A stretch of DNA of 64,000 nt from Balanoglossus misakiensis (GCA_040954595.2 CM082598.2:186001-250000), one strand, 5' to 3'. Shown: positions 1 through 14,695, counted from the stretch's first letter. Made by a program: numbers and translations. Notes: a model not told the origin generated them from the sequence alone.

Positions 1-31
1 AAGACGCTTGAAAGAGCGAGGTTTAGGTGGA

Positions 32-100
32 GGCAGGCAGGCAGACAGACAGACAAACAGAGAGACCGACAGACAGACAGACAAACAGACAAACAGAGAG
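32..100 (+). repeat. (CAGA/CAAA)n compound microsatellite
   Basis: Degenerate tetranucleotide run gcaggcag..cagacagacagacaaacag. Confidence 0.85.
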
Positions 101-3100
101 CAACGGTACAGAAACCGTTACCGTTCCAACAACAAAATGTCTAAAACATGTCGCTCTCCATTTGTTGACAGAATGAACAAATTTACCGATAACGTGCACT
201 AAAACAGTACAGAAACAGTGAAAGATGATTCGGTAAAAATAAATTGCATTCTTCATGTCGACCACTCCTCCTTAATTATAAGAAACCCACCTGCTAGGCT
301 GGTTGATATTAATATCAGATTGGAATGAGGATTCAATTTTGTTCATCTTCATGCTTACGATGGTTCTATTGATTTTCTGGAGTTTCCGGAAAGCCACTAT
401 TGTCTCCGTGAAAGCCCCGTGTCAAGTGTATTCTACAAAAACCGAACAGGAGCTGCAGATAATGACATTGCAAATCCTGGATCACCGCGATTGTTCCGTT
501 AATTCAAAGGCTTTTTCACTATGTGCTTCCCCTTATCTTAATTGTTGGCTTTCGATGTCTCTATCTAACACTTCACTGCGTTATGTCATCTCTCCCTCCC
601 TCCTCTCTCTCCCTCCCTCTCTCACCTCCCCTCTCAATCTGTAAGTTACATACATTGTCTCACCGAAGAAGCGATAGGTTAATCTGATTCATGGAAACGA
701 TGGGCCAAATCGACATGAATTCAACTACAGTCATTTGTGCTGGTGGATATATATGTATGGTATGTAAGTATGGACACGGATCACTGTTTAACCTTAGGGA
801 GATTATTGTCAGAGTCTGTTGATAACCCATTTCCTTTAAGGGCGTAAATTGATATGAGAATGAATTATACCTCAGACCGGACATGGAAACATTTCGTCAG
901 CGGCTATCCGCTTCCTATGAATACAAGTCCCTTTCCCGTCTTTTTATCGATTTTCGGGCAAAAATTTAACATATAAAACATTATATTAGCATACGTTATT
1001 GGTCTTGTGTGACAAAAATTACGACGCAAAAAAAATTGGCAAATTCGAACACAACTGATGAACGACGCATCGAAGATATTGTCAGACAGGAAAAAGTCGA
1101 GAATTCTCATATACGTTTTCTAAGAAACGTGTGATGACCGGGCCAATTTATGGTAACAGACATAGCTAAAATTGAAAATAAATAAACTTAAAACATATAC
1201 CCAAGTTTTCGTTGATCTAAACTACAAAAATCCAGGACCTGGAAAAAATTGAACTTTCGTTTTCTTTTTTTGTTTTGTAGAAAGATATCCTGGCAGTTTT
1301 TCCAAGTCCACCATCTTCAGCGCAGATGGATTGTTTTCTTTAGTCTCAAGACGCGAATGAAAAAGGACATTTTCAGAAAGGGTATATGAAAAATAGGCCT
1401 GGCTAACATTATCGACATTTTTATGACATTTTCACATTTATCATTATTTACATTTTCGAATGTGTGTCGCTCGAGGAATGCTATTCACTGAGTGTCTGTT
1501 AATGGTTGGCAATATTCCAACAATCTATGTGTGTACAAAGACAAGCTGAAACCATAGAGCAAAAAAGACCATCATCGAGCGAAGATCCATCGTGCATGAA
1601 AATGCACCGCGATCACGCAATTGACCGTTGTTATGACAACTTGTGGGGGGAAAACAATTGGTGGCAAGTCGATTGGAAAACGAGGCTCACTCAACCTGTC
1701 TTATCAATAAAACATCGAGTGACGTATTCGGTATGCGATAAGTGACCCCCCGGACTAAAAAGGAACTGCTCCCTTTTCAGAAATAGAGTAGGAAAAAATC
1801 GATAGATTTTATTAAAAGTTGCCATTCGCTACTGAGACTGTGAGCTCACCTGTTTTACGTGTGCAATTAAGCTGTAACTAGAGCCGCGATGAAACCAGGC
1901 AAGGCAGTGCTGTCGCCCATGGGCTATTGATCTGAACAACCTATAACCACGTACGTAATCGCGTCGTACATCTTATGCGCACGCACACAAACACCGATGC
2001 GGCACGCATTTCGCAAGCATCATATCTTCGGGAAGAGAGACAACGAAAGACGTTCAAAAGTGAGTGGTGCGGTTTGAGAAAGAATATGGAATTTTGTTGT
2101 CAGCTAACTAAAACAAGAGTTGGTGTCAATATTTTGTTTTCATCTTCAAAGACATTTGTTTATTTGTTTGCTTGCTTGTTTGTTTACTGAATCTCCAACA
2201 CGTGAGCACAAACTGATTAACCCAAAACCTGCGCGTAATACTAAAAGTCAAATACCTTATACACGTATTTTTCCTGAACAGTTCGTAAAATAAAATTTTA
2301 AACAAATATTTTAGCGTTTCAATGTATAATAGGGTTTAGCGCTATGAGCTTTCGTTTTGTAGTCTAACACATTATGCATCCCTATAGAGTTCATTCGTGT
2401 GAGTAATTTAACATACTATTAGTGGATTAACTTTTGGTTTGACTCTATGCTGCAGTAAAAGGCGACTGGTTGAAGCGAGACTGCACGTGCATGACACGCG
2501 CATCAATGCAGTTTCCAATAACTGGGAATATCCGGGACATTGCCTGAAAATTGATTGGACAAATAACGCCGTATCAACAACAGTATCTATCACTGAATAA
2601 CCACTATCTATCTGGGAACTACGGATCCGAAATAGTCGAAGTTAACTTTGAGTGTCTAAATTGCAACCACATTTTCGGTTGTTCATCCTCTCTCACCTCC
2701 CGAATCGGGATGCTGATCTTTAGTGAGACATTTGCACAGACTGTCAGACATCATCAAGGCGATATAAACTACCAAAGAATTGTGGTTTAAGCTCTTTCAA
2801 TAGTTGGATGTTGTGATAAAGATGCAATTTTTATTTTAACTTTTCTCTGGGAGTGTGCCTTTCCATGGGCAGCACACTTTCGACATGTAAATGAAGGTTG
2901 ACCGGGTATTTAGACTTTACAATGAAAGGCGAAAACTAGTTGAAACGAAAGCAAGCACACAATGCGCCCAGGATGAAGTCAAAAGGCAAAGCTGTTTTAT
3001 TTGCCAAAACGTACCACGCCTGGTTGAAATAAAATGTTTGTTCCAAACTAAAATTGGTACTATAACTCTTGTTTGTAAGTGAACCAGAAGCATGTCGTGG

Positions 3101-5741
3101 TAAATCAAACGTCAAATGATAAAATCAAACTATTTTCTTCTTTATGCAAGTGTTAGTAGATTTATTTTTGCGTTCTCGGTCTAAAATGAGGGCTTTAATT
3201 TTGTCAATCGATTTCTGACCCGCATTTGCAAAACAAAATCAAGCGACCGACAATTTCTTTGCTTCTATTCGGCGGAAAAACCTCTCAAGTTACAATAGCG
3301 GCCCCCAGTGTTTACACTGTGCCGAATAATGATCACATCTTTGATCCAATTTACCAATGAATTACACGCGATTAGTACAATTTCACCCAGCAATCCTGTG
3401 AAATCTCCCGCCTGCGCTCAAAGAACTCCCATGGGTTGTTGGATGAACAGAACCAAAAGGACGAATGCAGTGGTAGATTAATATTATGACGTGTCGATAT
3501 AATTCAGTATAATTCTGCAAACATCATGGGGAAAACACAAACTCTCATTTCATAACAAACATCCAAAGCGTAATAACATATAGACCTCGAAGCTCCAAAA
3601 CATTTTAAAACCAATTTATGAGAAATATGTTCGGTTCTGTTAATAATGAACCACATTAGGCTTCGTCGATGTACCTTACTCATATTTGTCGCGGAAGTGT
3701 TATGCTGATTTAGGCGATACGCAAATATTAAGACAGTTCCGATTTCAGTATTTCAGGTGCCTTGTCTAAATAAAATACGAGTCCCTCTATAGCGGAATTT
3801 ACTTGTAAATGGGACTGTTTTGAACAATCATTTAATCAAACCAATGTCAACTTGAGCGCAGTGTCACAAATACGCAAATGGCATTGGTGTTAACCAAGGA
3901 GACGGCATGACGTCACTAGTGCTCCATTCACTTGTATAAAGAGAATTTGAAGTCGGTCGGAGTTGAACCACCCACCAGCCCTACATCCAACTCACCGTGA
4001 CTGACAGAAACACTTTATTCCCAGTCTGTGGCTTGCACTAGCGCACGACACAAGACTGACACAAACCAGTGAAGCGTGAAATATACCCGATTGAAACATA
4101 ATTATAATTTTCACGACAGGAAGATTCGTGTTTTACAATACGGTGATTTTAACGAAAATGTGTTTTTCCAACGGTTAGTGTTTTTTTTTCCAATTTGTTG
4201 TAATTGTAAACAAACGTCTGGTTGTTTTGTTCTCGACAAGCACTTCACTTTTTGCAAATTTTGTTTTGCTTGTTACATCAAGTGCGTGTAAGCGCAACGT
4301 AAGTGCTGCCCAAGTCCTGCTATGGACAAAAGTTTGTAACAGTCTTTAGGCGAAGAGTAGTGTTGTGTACCGCTGTCAATCATGCCAATACCAGCAATTC
4401 TGAGAGAGAGTGATACGACCATCAATATGGCGGTAGTGTTCGCTAAATATGTTTCTGTGCGCACATTTTTACACTAAATTGAACCATATAAATGAAACCG
4501 AATTTTGCATTCGGTTTTGCATGGAGAATTTTATTGCCAGAAAATTTATGGCTATGTACAATAATTTCAGTGAAATCGGAATACAAACGATGCTTAAATC
4601 TGCAAGGACCAACTTATGGGCGATAAAAGCGTCAACACATAGCCTATAAAGTTGTCACATCTCTTTGAGACACCAGACGATTTATTAGGGAGGCAACCGT
4701 GGAGCTTAATTCAAAGAAATTTACAAATCATGTCAATTTGACACTCAAAAGTTACCCCCAAAATTATAATATCCATATCAATAAGAAGAAAAAAAGTTGT
4801 GCTTTCAGAACCGCGCTAGGGGTGCTAGTTTTTAGTGAGTTTATTGACAAGGACGCTTTTATCTCGGTGCAAAAGCAAACAATATAAGACGCTGTGCGTC
4901 GCACGGCCCAGGTGCGTGGGTCCTATTCTTTGTGCAAGCACACACAATATGCCTAGTTCCACTTAGTTAACTTCATCAAATAAAAACTACGAAACGGGCG
5001 GCTGACATCGCCTCCGCTGGTGTTACAATTAGGAAGCGATAGTACGTCGAAAGCAATAAGTTTATAATGAGAGGAACCGATAGAAGTTTAATGTTGAGAA
5101 TGATTTGCAGCTGGGAATCGTCAGGCCGTTGTAACTATTAAACTCGTATGGGTTGTCAAAGCACAAACGAACAATTTCCAAGCCTATGCTTTCCTCAAAA
5201 TTGTCGAGCAGCACGCGAGTTATTCAAATATTGGAAGGATCCTGTACCTTCATCATTTTGTCTTTGCAACCATAAATTTGGCGGAAGGACAATCACCGAC
5301 CATTTTCAGGGCGAAAATCCAGTTTCAAGTTTGGAACTTTTCGCCGTTTGAAATCAAGCACTGTCTGATTTCGTTTCTTTTCGAATAATTTCATTTTTTG
5401 AGGACCAGTAAAAACAATATTCTTTTGAATTTAATGATTGTCCTTAATTTCATTATTTCGTTCAGTGAGGATCTAGAATGAATAGTTGACAAGAAAACAC
5501 ATGATAACATCATGAATGACAGAAGAGGATGTCAACTTGAAAAATGTTACAATTTGAAGGAAACGGCTACTGCATACCATTTCATCTTCTATGAACAGTT
5601 AATGACCACTTGGACTTCCAAGGTGACGTGAAAACAAAAAAAATGCATTAATATCAAAACAAACAGAACATAACCGGATATATAAATGGTTGTGTAGTTC
5701 CTGTGCACGAAAATGCCATCACCACCACCGTCGTCGTTGTC

Positions 5742-5762
5742 ATTATCATCATCATGATCACG

Positions 5763-5824
<62 letters not shown>

Positions 5825-5825
5825 A
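5742..5825 (+). repeat. (CAT)n trinucleotide microsatellite
   Basis: Long catcatcat run; it explains the poly-His ORF 5690..5923. Confidence 0.95.
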
Positions 5826-8800
5826 CTTTAGTATTTTTCAATAATTACGCCCTGGAAAAAAACGACCAAAAACGAATCCATATATGTAACGAATATGTTG
5901 AAAATTCGCCAGGAATATGGTGATTTCTGGTGGGCCAGTCTTAAACATATTCCTCATTTCAAGAAGAAGCATTAAGAACACAAAATATTGACGCAACTGC
6001 ATGTATTGATGTTAATAATTCACTTGACATTCGACACGTTGTTGAAGCTACAAATCCCACATCAACAACGTACTTTGACACAGTATAAAGGAAAAATGTA
6101 ATTATTTTTTTGCAAAATCTGGGATGTGGCTTTTTTGAAACGTGAATACACGTGTCCCCGAGCAACTATAAGATATCTACCGAGTGCTGAGACCGTTTGT
6201 TACGGTATGCTGCAAAATATTTTACTTATTTTAACTTCATTCAATTCATTTCAAGTCAAGTCAAGAAAATACAAAAATGAGATAAAAACAAGTTACATTG
6301 AGTGGATGATGATCCGGCCCAAAACAATGAAGCAGGCTTTTTAGATTTTGCTGATTTTTTACAAACGAACCACACAGACCCAGGTTGGAACTCTCCCTGA
6401 CTACATTGATTGTGTTGACGAAAGCACCCATTTGCTGACACGGTTTTAGACGAAGATAGTATCTGTTGCCACAAAATTGGTTTTCCATATTGCCCAAGGC
6501 AATCCCTTCAATGCTCACAGCGCCCCCATTAAATATTTATGGCGCTTGTTTTTGAGTTAACAATGCTCGACGATTCACGTGAAAATTATAGTGAAGTAAA
6601 CCTTAAGAAGTGAAATAACGATTTCGATTTCTTGGGATAGTATTCCACATTGTATTACATTGAATGAAAAACATACAAGAAGATAACAAAAGTTTGTGGG
6701 GGAAACTCGTCATATAAAGATCTGCTTTCATGTGTCTCTCTTTCTGTAATCTGATTGTAAGTGTATTTTGTCCCTATGCCCTGCCTCCGATTGAGTCTCT
6801 GTAAGTTCGTATGACTGTCTGTCTATTCTCTTCCCGGGTAGAAGTAATGACCCCGGCAGGTGGGGCAAACGACATTAGTCTGTACCACAACAAATGACCA
6901 ACCAACATGTCACCACCTTATCTGAACACTTTTTGCTAATCACGTGCTTATGCTTGATTGTCGTGGAGGGCGTTTTTAGAGGTACTGGGTAGGAGCAGAG
7001 GAAAAATCTTTCAGACAAGAGTCAAAAGAACGGTCACATATGTTATGATATATGTTTCTTGACACGTACTACCATAGCAACGCACCTGCACGTCATATCG
7101 TTTCGGGGTATGAACGTTTCAGCAGAAAACCATGCCAACAGTTAGTTATGAGAAATTTCCAATTGCCTTATGCAAACATATCATTTAGAGTCCGTCAAGG
7201 CAATGTTGGAGGGGACAGTATAAGTTTTTGTTATTTAAGTAAACACTAAAGAAACTGGCGGCAAAGGCCAAAAGCGTACGTACGCTTCTGATTTTCCTTA
7301 TGGTTGTGATACTGATACTGTTAGCATAGCCTTGTATCATTTCTTCTCAGTTTAAAAAGCCTGGCATTGCACATTGAACTTCATCAGTACATTGAAGCTA
7401 ATTGCCTGAGATCCCTTGCTGTGTAATTAGCTCTGCCTTAACAATATACATCCAATCAACAGAGAATCAGATATATGAATGACATCAAAGGGATACAAAT
7501 TATATTACAAAATCTCAGCAGGGGTATCAGGCCATTAGGAAGCAAGTTCAACGTGCGTTGCTGGACTCGTTTTAGCAGAGCGAAGAGACAAGAAAGCTAC
7601 TTAGCCAATGCCAAACAAGAGACTGAAAAACAAATTATACAAAAGAGAAACAATAAACTGTATTTAACCCGAACCTTAACCAGTTCCTCATAACCGTATA
7701 ACTATTATCTTTTAACAAACAAATAACTGCTAATTATATGTCAGGTACGAGATCTCAAAACTGACAATCACAACGCCCTCAGGGACAGGTAGTCATATCT
7801 TTCGTTTATGCCGTTCGGATATTTTTAACTCATGTGTTCCCATGGGTGAGATAAATTGTGTCTGTCCGTTTTGTTTCCTTTCACAATGACAACTTTGGAG
7901 CGGCACATATACACAGAATAATTGCATCAAAGTCCCATAAAGTTATCTTGTCATTGATTGCATGTTACGCTTTCCCAAACTGGTCGAGTCCGCTCTAAGA
8001 GTGGTCCATGATTGGCGGTTTTGCAAGTTGTGCTGCAAAAGCGCTTTTGGTGAGAATCCCAGAATGTGAACCCAGGAATGACCGAAACTGCTAAAACTCA
8101 TACGTGTCTTGTGTTGTGTTACAGTCCATGTTGTTCTCCTGTAACGAAAATAAAAAGAAACACCGGTGACGTCATCGCTAGCCTTAAGAAGTTTTACATT
8201 GTGAGCCAATTTACATTTGCCTGTCTCGGATGAGCGACTGTAGACAACATCATGTGACCTGTACATTCGACCAAAAAACAACTGTTCTTCAAAACGAGAC
8301 CGTCGTTGGCGCTACAATCAAATGTCAGCTTAGATCTATACCAACAATGCAAATGGTTGCAAGGGATGATCATAAGACAAGTTGCAAATTACAAAACAAT
8401 GTCATTGCAAAATCCAAAGCCCATAACTATTTGATTTGCCCCTTAAATGCTGTGAAAGGTGCGCAATGATATTGAAAATATATTCATGCACGTATAGATT
8501 GATTGATTCTGAAAATATGACCACCATGTTTCAAGAAAATCAGGGTTCTTCTGTTAATTTTCACCCCTTGGTTTAATCCAAGAGTACAATGACATTCATT
8601 AAAAAGACAAGAGTCAGAAACGGGGATAGGGCAAAACACTGAGAGTCAGAAAAAAGGCGTAGCCAGACAGACGGGCGTCGGAAGCTGATAAAGTTGGGAA
8701 ATATATAACAATATACGTGCCACTGTTTCCAGGAAACTTGAACGTTGAGGAACTAAGAATGTGGAAGTGATAATTGGGGTAGTACTGGAGTCAGGTGATC

Positions 8801-10084
8801 AATTCATACCGGGGTAGCAAATTCAATACTGCGTTAAAATGTTTAGACTATTTACTCAACATTTTTTCAGTTTTAACCAGTTTTAATTTTTACGTTGTGA
8901 CTGTTTGTTGATACTTATTCTGTTCTATTGGTCCCCTTGCTTGTACGAGATTCAATTATGGAAATTTAAATGCGGCGTTGATTGATTAAAACATATCAAA
9001 TCTTAATGACTACATTTCCGCTTTAACTTCGAAGACCCAACACATCATCGCATCGTGTTTCCGTTAAGTATTACAGCTTTGAAAGTCGGCCAATGAAAGC
9101 GACTTTGAAAAGTGGCCATAAATGAAAAGTAATTTGTCAAACCTTCGCAGTTTCCGCCGACACGCGTGCCACTACGCATGCGGCAGTGTGTTTGCGCACC
9201 CGACCACGCAGGTTCTCTTTCCTGAGCGGAATCTAATGAGATGACATAAAGTGGGGTTTTGAATATTTTATGAGCGACTCATGGACACCTGCAGCCACGA
9301 GCGGCTTGTTCTTTTCTATTCTGCGTTTGTAGCGTCGACGTCAATTGGTAACGCCACATCGCCAAATATGGCTGCCAAGTGACGATAAAAACGAAACAAA
9401 GCAAAATTACCATCGGCAAAACAGGAGAAATGTCATACATGTGAGACTTTTTTGTTAAGTTTTCATACAAACGTCTCGGCTCCAAAATACAGTGCTCACA
9501 CGTGTGACTCTTATGCACCCCTTGAGAATTATCTTTTCAAGTCCTAGTACATGGACGCCTTTACAATTGGGTCGCTTTGAATGTGTCAGCAGTCGAGTGA
9601 TCACATGACCGCCAATCAGAGGCCACTACAAAAAAATTGTGCAGGGCGACGTTTTGCCCGTTGAATTTCTCTTCTTCTTATAATTTTGGCCAAAACCTCT
9701 CACAGTGGTCTTCGCTGTCTGTGTCTTTTTGTAACAGATCGCTTCCACTTATATGTACATGTGTGTCCGCCTGTCTGTCTGACTGGCTATTTCAATCTCT
9801 TTGTTTATCTACATTGCCTAGCCATGCCCAACCAAGCAAAGCCTAAAACCACTGCACAACGGAATGTCTAGAAGTTACGCAATAAACAATCACGGTGCCA
9901 AAATGCGTTGCTCCATAGACAGTACTGTTGCTCCTTATAGCGCCACCGGGAAGCATACGTTGGAAATTCGTACAAGTGTACGAAAGGTCACTGCAATATT
10001 TGGCAATTTCACAAAATTGTGAGAAAAACCAAGAACGCTTAAGTTCCACAAACAGTTTTCAAAAATCATAACAAGACCTTGCAA

Positions 10085-10105
10085 TCACGCGTGGTAAATG
10101 GTAAA
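10085..10105 (-). CDS. Possible short terminal coding exon (FTIYHA*) of the ASC-family gene
   Basis: Minus-strand acceptor ttttgttgaactctagctttcag|TTT is phase-0 compatible with the 10370 donor. No other support. Confidence 0.3.
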   Translation of the reverse strand, partial: FTIYHA

Positions 10106-10370
10106 CTGAAAGCTAGAGTTCAACAAAATAGTTTCGCAATCCAATATGCCGTTCATGATATGACATATACCGCCACTGAAATCGCCAAAAATCGGTTTAA
10201 GAATGGGTCATTCGGGTTCACCTATGCCTGATCAGTTGTTTTAATATTGTTCCATCCAAGTTAGATACAACGATACGTTGTCATTTTTTAGAGAATATAA
10301 ATTAGCCATGTATAGGTCATGCACACGTTAAGAAGACATTTCTTATAACTGCATGCTCATGAAGTCTTAC

Positions 10371-10841
10371 CATATTAACACTAAATGTCATCCAATCCAA
10401 GTCAGAGTTTTGATTTTCTCCATGCGTGGAAAGCGACTTGGGTCGCTCTGTTTGTCCCGAGCACAAACTGTCGTCGCTTTTTTCAAGAAGTTCTTGTAAG
10501 TGCAGTATATAATTGATTGCAGACCGTAAAGTTTTCACTTTGGAAAGTTTTTTGTTCCTCGGGTCTGTCGGTACGTGCCTACGAAGTCGCAAGAAGCCGT
10601 CATTGACCATCTGTACCCGTCGACGCTCACGAGCGTTCCGTCTCGCCACCAAATGTGGTTCCTTCTCCTTGTGAGGGAGGCGTGGCGGGGCCCGCATCGC
10701 CGCCGCCGCCGCCGATGTTGGTCTGATTCGCCGGCGGGGTCGATTGGTTGGAAGGAGCATCCCCGACAGAGCCGACTGTCTTTCGTCAGAAAGACTTGAA
10801 ATATTCAGATTTGAATTTCCAAATTTTGGTTGTTCTTCCAT
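10371..10841 (-). CDS. Achaete-scute family bHLH transcription factor, divergent (ASCc/HLH-4-like subtype), main coding exon
   Basis: bHLH reads [50 protein letters not shown]. Likely start is ATG 10841 (MEEQPKF). A donor ATG|GTAAGA lies at 10371/10370; if unspliced, the ORF stops at 10317. It lacks the ASCL1-type CKRR box and C-terminal LLDF..WF motif. Confidence 0.88.
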
Positions 10842-11584
10842 ATTGTCGCAGGCACATCTAGGGCCTAACACTACACTTCCACAGAAGCAAATGACAGATG
10901 CCTTAAGACAGCAGAACACCTTATGAAATTTTCCATTATATTTTTTCTCGATTCTGATTCGCTGTTTACAACAAATCCCATGATAAAGCATCATACCGTT
11001 GCCAATGATAAAAACTGAGGAAATTAACTTTTCCTGACTAGCTTTCGAGTAATAAATTATTCAGCGTTTTGACTTCCTCTTCCGGTTGAACATCATAGTA
11101 TTAATGCATAGCAATTGTCCAAAACCCACTAAACGTAGATAATTATAGACGGGCCCAAGTGTTGTTACTCATAAAACGTGATGATTTTCTCTAATGGATT
11201 TAGAAGTTCAGGCACTCGCTTCAAAGTAGCACAGCGATTCTTGGTGCAAAGTATGTAGGATGGAGATCCCCATTCATTTGGGTGAAAATGCTTTCTGACC
11301 GCCATCCCTTCCTTCACCTGGGTCTCCGACCACAGAAATACAATTATTATTTTCTCAAACAAAAATGACGATATTTCACACTGTAGGCCTAAAATACGAA
11401 AGATTGCGCCACCAGACACTTTACTGGGATAATAATATATGTACCAGTATTATTATCAATTCAAATATTGCAAACAAAAAATTCAAACAATTATCATAAT
11501 TAAAAAATATTCGCTGACCATCCGGCTTTTCATAGCGAGCTCAGCAAGAGCGGCAGAAGGCCGCTCGCTTAGCGAGCACTTGAG

Positions 11585-11648
11585 ATAATGCGCATGGAGT
11601 ATTGGGAAATATCTCCATAATGCGCATGGAGTATTGGGAAATATCTCC
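11585..11648 (+). repeat. Perfect 32-bp direct tandem repeat (x2)
   Basis: ATAATGCGCATGGAGTATTGGGAAATATCTCC occurs at 11585 and 11617. Confidence 0.9.
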
Positions 11649-11911
11649 AATGGCGGCCGCCATTTTGAATTACGCCACCAACGACAACATTTGTTCTTTT
11701 GAGCCTTAACGTTTAACACGCTAGAGTATTCATTAATTGCAGTCAACAATGACCTTGTGATAGATAGATAGATATAAAGATAGATAGAAATGTTACATAT
11801 TAATTTAATGAAATATATTTCAGAAAATTTTATTTTGCGTTTGTATAATATATAGCATGAGAGGCGTGAACGCGTCAGGGATCAACAAACAGTAGGTGTA
11901 AACGCATAAGG

Positions 11912-12012
11912 GACCACCAAAACTCAAACACCACCACCCACGCTGCCGCCACCATCAAAACCACCAAAACCACCACCCACGCCGCCGCCACCATCAAAAC
12001 CACCAAAACCCC
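11912..12012 (+). repeat. C/A-rich minisatellite (ACCACCAAAAC / GCCGCCACCATCAAAAC units)
   Basis: Repeated accaccaaaac and cgccaccatcaaaac motifs. Confidence 0.7.
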
Positions 12013-12433
12013 CGACGTTGCTGCCGTCATCACCATCTTCATCATGGAACAAAAGTAACAGCTTCTAGCATGTTAAACACTTTCACCCCAAGTTGCCTGA
12101 GTAGTCCAACTTTGCTATATAAAACAATAGATACATTAGATTAAAAACAAATCATGGCGAAATACTAGTAGTGAAATACTAGTAGTTAATATTAAAGACC
12201 CCTTCCTATATGTTGATTGCACACACAATACATCAGTGTATTCTACATTGTATATCATTGCACAAAATGTCCTAAAGTGGTGGGATTGGGGGGGTCATCA
12301 GGCCTTACAATGCCGGACAAAGGGGAGGGTCACATTTTAGAAGGGAGGATATGGGGGACGGTCACATTTTAGAGTCCAGGTGTACGCTTAATCACCCCGG
12401 CGGGGCGGCCCACCCCCCTGCCTGCCAAATCTG

Positions 12434-13183
12434 GGCTGTCGACAATCAATGGCAATCCAAGCAAACAATAACAGGCCAACAACATCAGTAAAAATTCACA
12501 AGCGACGCCGAGTATGTTCGCAGCGCAGATACCTTGACCACCACATCCTAGGAGCCTCTGGCTGTCGACAATCAATGGCAATCCAAGCAAACAATAACAG
12601 GCCAACAACATCAGTAAAAATTCACAAGCAACGCCGAGTATGTTCGCAGCGCAGTTACCTCGACCACCACATCCTAGGAGCCTCTGTGCTGTCGACAATC
12701 AATGGCAATCCAAGCAAACAATAACAGGCCAACAACATCAGTAAAAATTCACAAGCGACGCTGAGTGTGTTCGCAGCGCAGTTACCTCGACCACCACATC
12801 CTAGGAGCCTCTGTGCTGTCGACAATCAATGGCAATCCAAGCAAACAATAACAGGCCAACAACATCAGTAAAAATTCACAAGCGACACCGAGTATGTTCG
12901 CAGCACAGTTACCTCGACCACCACATCCTAGGAGCCTCTGTGCTGTCGACAATCAATGGCAATCCAAGCAAACAATAACAGGCCAACAACATCAGTAAAA
13001 ATTCACAAGCAACGCCGAGTATGTTCGCAGCACAGTTACCTCGACCACCACATCCTAGGAGCCTCTGTGCTGTCGACAATCAATGGCAATCCAAGCAAAC
13101 AATAACAGGCCAACAACATCAGTAAAAATTCACAAGCGACGCCGAGTATGTTCGCAGCGCAGTTACCTCGACCACCACATCCT
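12434..13183 (+). repeat. 127-bp tandem repeat array, ~6 units
   Basis: GTCGAC recurs at 12438, 12564, 12691, 12818, 12945 and 13072 (spacing 126 then 127 bp); the units are near identical. Confidence 0.97.
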
Positions 13184-14695
13184 CTGCGCGTCTCATAGGC
13201 CCAGCCTACGCGGTGACCTAGTCGACAATGACCCCGCCTACAGGCTACAGAAAAGTCGCTACACTTCCAACGAAAAAGGGAATATTACACCCAATAAATG
13301 ACTATCTAAGCAACCAAAATAAAATATTTTTGAATAAAAACAACAGAAAACGATAGAATAAACCTCCGAGAGCCAAAAACGTCTAAAAGCTGCCAGCGGA
13401 CTGCCACACGATCCTCACGGTACGCGGCCATCTTGGCTTCTGAGGGAATTGGGCCTTAGACGGGGTTAGGGGGCTTAAACCAGACTGTCTAACTCGGTAA
13501 AATGGTCTCAATATGGCTTCAGTTGCGGTAGCTCCGATCAGGGAGTGGTTGCCGAAGCCAAGAGACCGATGGTACAACCAGTAAACGACATAAGTCAATA
13601 ATAATAATTTATGAACACGAAAATTCGCCTAAAAATAAAGCCGCTCAAGGACTGCATACAGCGCCTCACCTCTTTCTTAATCGCTAGGAGCCTCTGTGCT
13701 GTCGACAATCAATGGCAATCCAAGCAAACAATAACAGGCCAACAACATCAGTAAAAATTCACAAGCGACACCGAGTATGTTCGCAGCACAGTTACCTCGA
13801 CCACCACATCCTAGGAGCCTCTGTGCTGTCGACAATCAATGGCAATCCAAGCAAACAATAACAGGCCAACAACATCAGTAAAAATTCACAAGCGACACCG
13901 AGTATGTTCGCAGCACAGTTACCTCGACCACCACATCCTAGGAGCCTCTGTGCTGTCGACAATCAATGGCAATCCAAGCAAACAATAACAGGCCAACAAC
14001 ATCAGTAAAAATTCACAAGCAACGCCGAGTATGTTCGCAGCACAGTTACCTCGACCACCACATCCTAGGAGCCTCTGTGCTGTCGACAATCAATGGCAAT
14101 CCAAGCAAACAATAACAGGCCAACAACATCAGTAAAAATTCACAAGCGACGCCGAGTATGTTCGCAGCGCAGTTACCTCGACCACCACATCCTCTGCGCG
14201 TCTCATAGGCCCAGCCTACGCGGTGACCTAGTCGACAATGACCCCGCCTACAGGCTACAGAAAAGTCGCTACACTTCCAACGAAAAAGGGAATATTACAC
14301 CCAATAAATGACTATCTAAGCAACCAAAATAAAATATTTTTGAATAAAAACAACAGAAAACGATAGAATAAACCTCCGAGAGCCAAAAACGTCTAAAAGC
14401 TGCCAGCGGACTGCCACACGATCCTCACGGTACGCGGCCATCTTGGCTTCTGAGGGAATTGGGCCTTAGACGGGGTTAGGGGGCTTAAACCAGACTGTCT
14501 AACTCGGTAAAATGGTCTCAATATGGCTTCAGTTGCGGTAGCTCCGATCAGGGAGTGGTTGCCGAAGCCAAGAGACCGATGGTACAACCAGTAAACGACA
14601 TAAGTCAATAATAATAATTTATGAACACGAAAATTCGCCTAAAAATAAAGCCGCTCAAGGACTGCATACAGCGCCCCACCTCTTTCTTAATCGCT
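13184..14695 (+). repeat. Near-identical ~500-bp segment duplicated at a 1010-bp offset (13184-13685 and 14194-14695)
   Basis: Identical ORF translations at 13083/14093 and 13383/14393; the one difference seen is gcgcctcacc versus gcgccccacc. Confidence 0.95.
13684..14193 (+). repeat. 127-bp tandem repeat array, 4 units
   Basis: GTCGAC at 13701, 13828, 13955 and 14082. Confidence 0.97.

Noticed and set aside
836-1400. Possible TTAA-flanked DNA transposon fragment starting ttaagggcgtaaattg
   Set aside because: No matching inverted end or second copy found in the window.
5690-5923. Poly-histidine protein
   Set aside because: Translation of a (CAT)n microsatellite.
10842-10994. N-terminal 51 aa of the 225-aa bHLH ORF
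   Set aside because: AT-rich, intron- or UTR-like sequence; ATG 10841 is the more plausible start, though this is unproven.
12434-14193. CRISPR-like regularly spaced repeats
   Set aside because: The units are contiguous near-identical 127-mers with no unique spacers, there are no cas genes, and the context is eukaryotic.
12369-14608. Repeated ORFs (MAIQANNNRP..., MTYVVYW...)
   Set aside because: They are by-products of the tandem repeat; the 127-bp unit shifts frame and there are no protein-like features.
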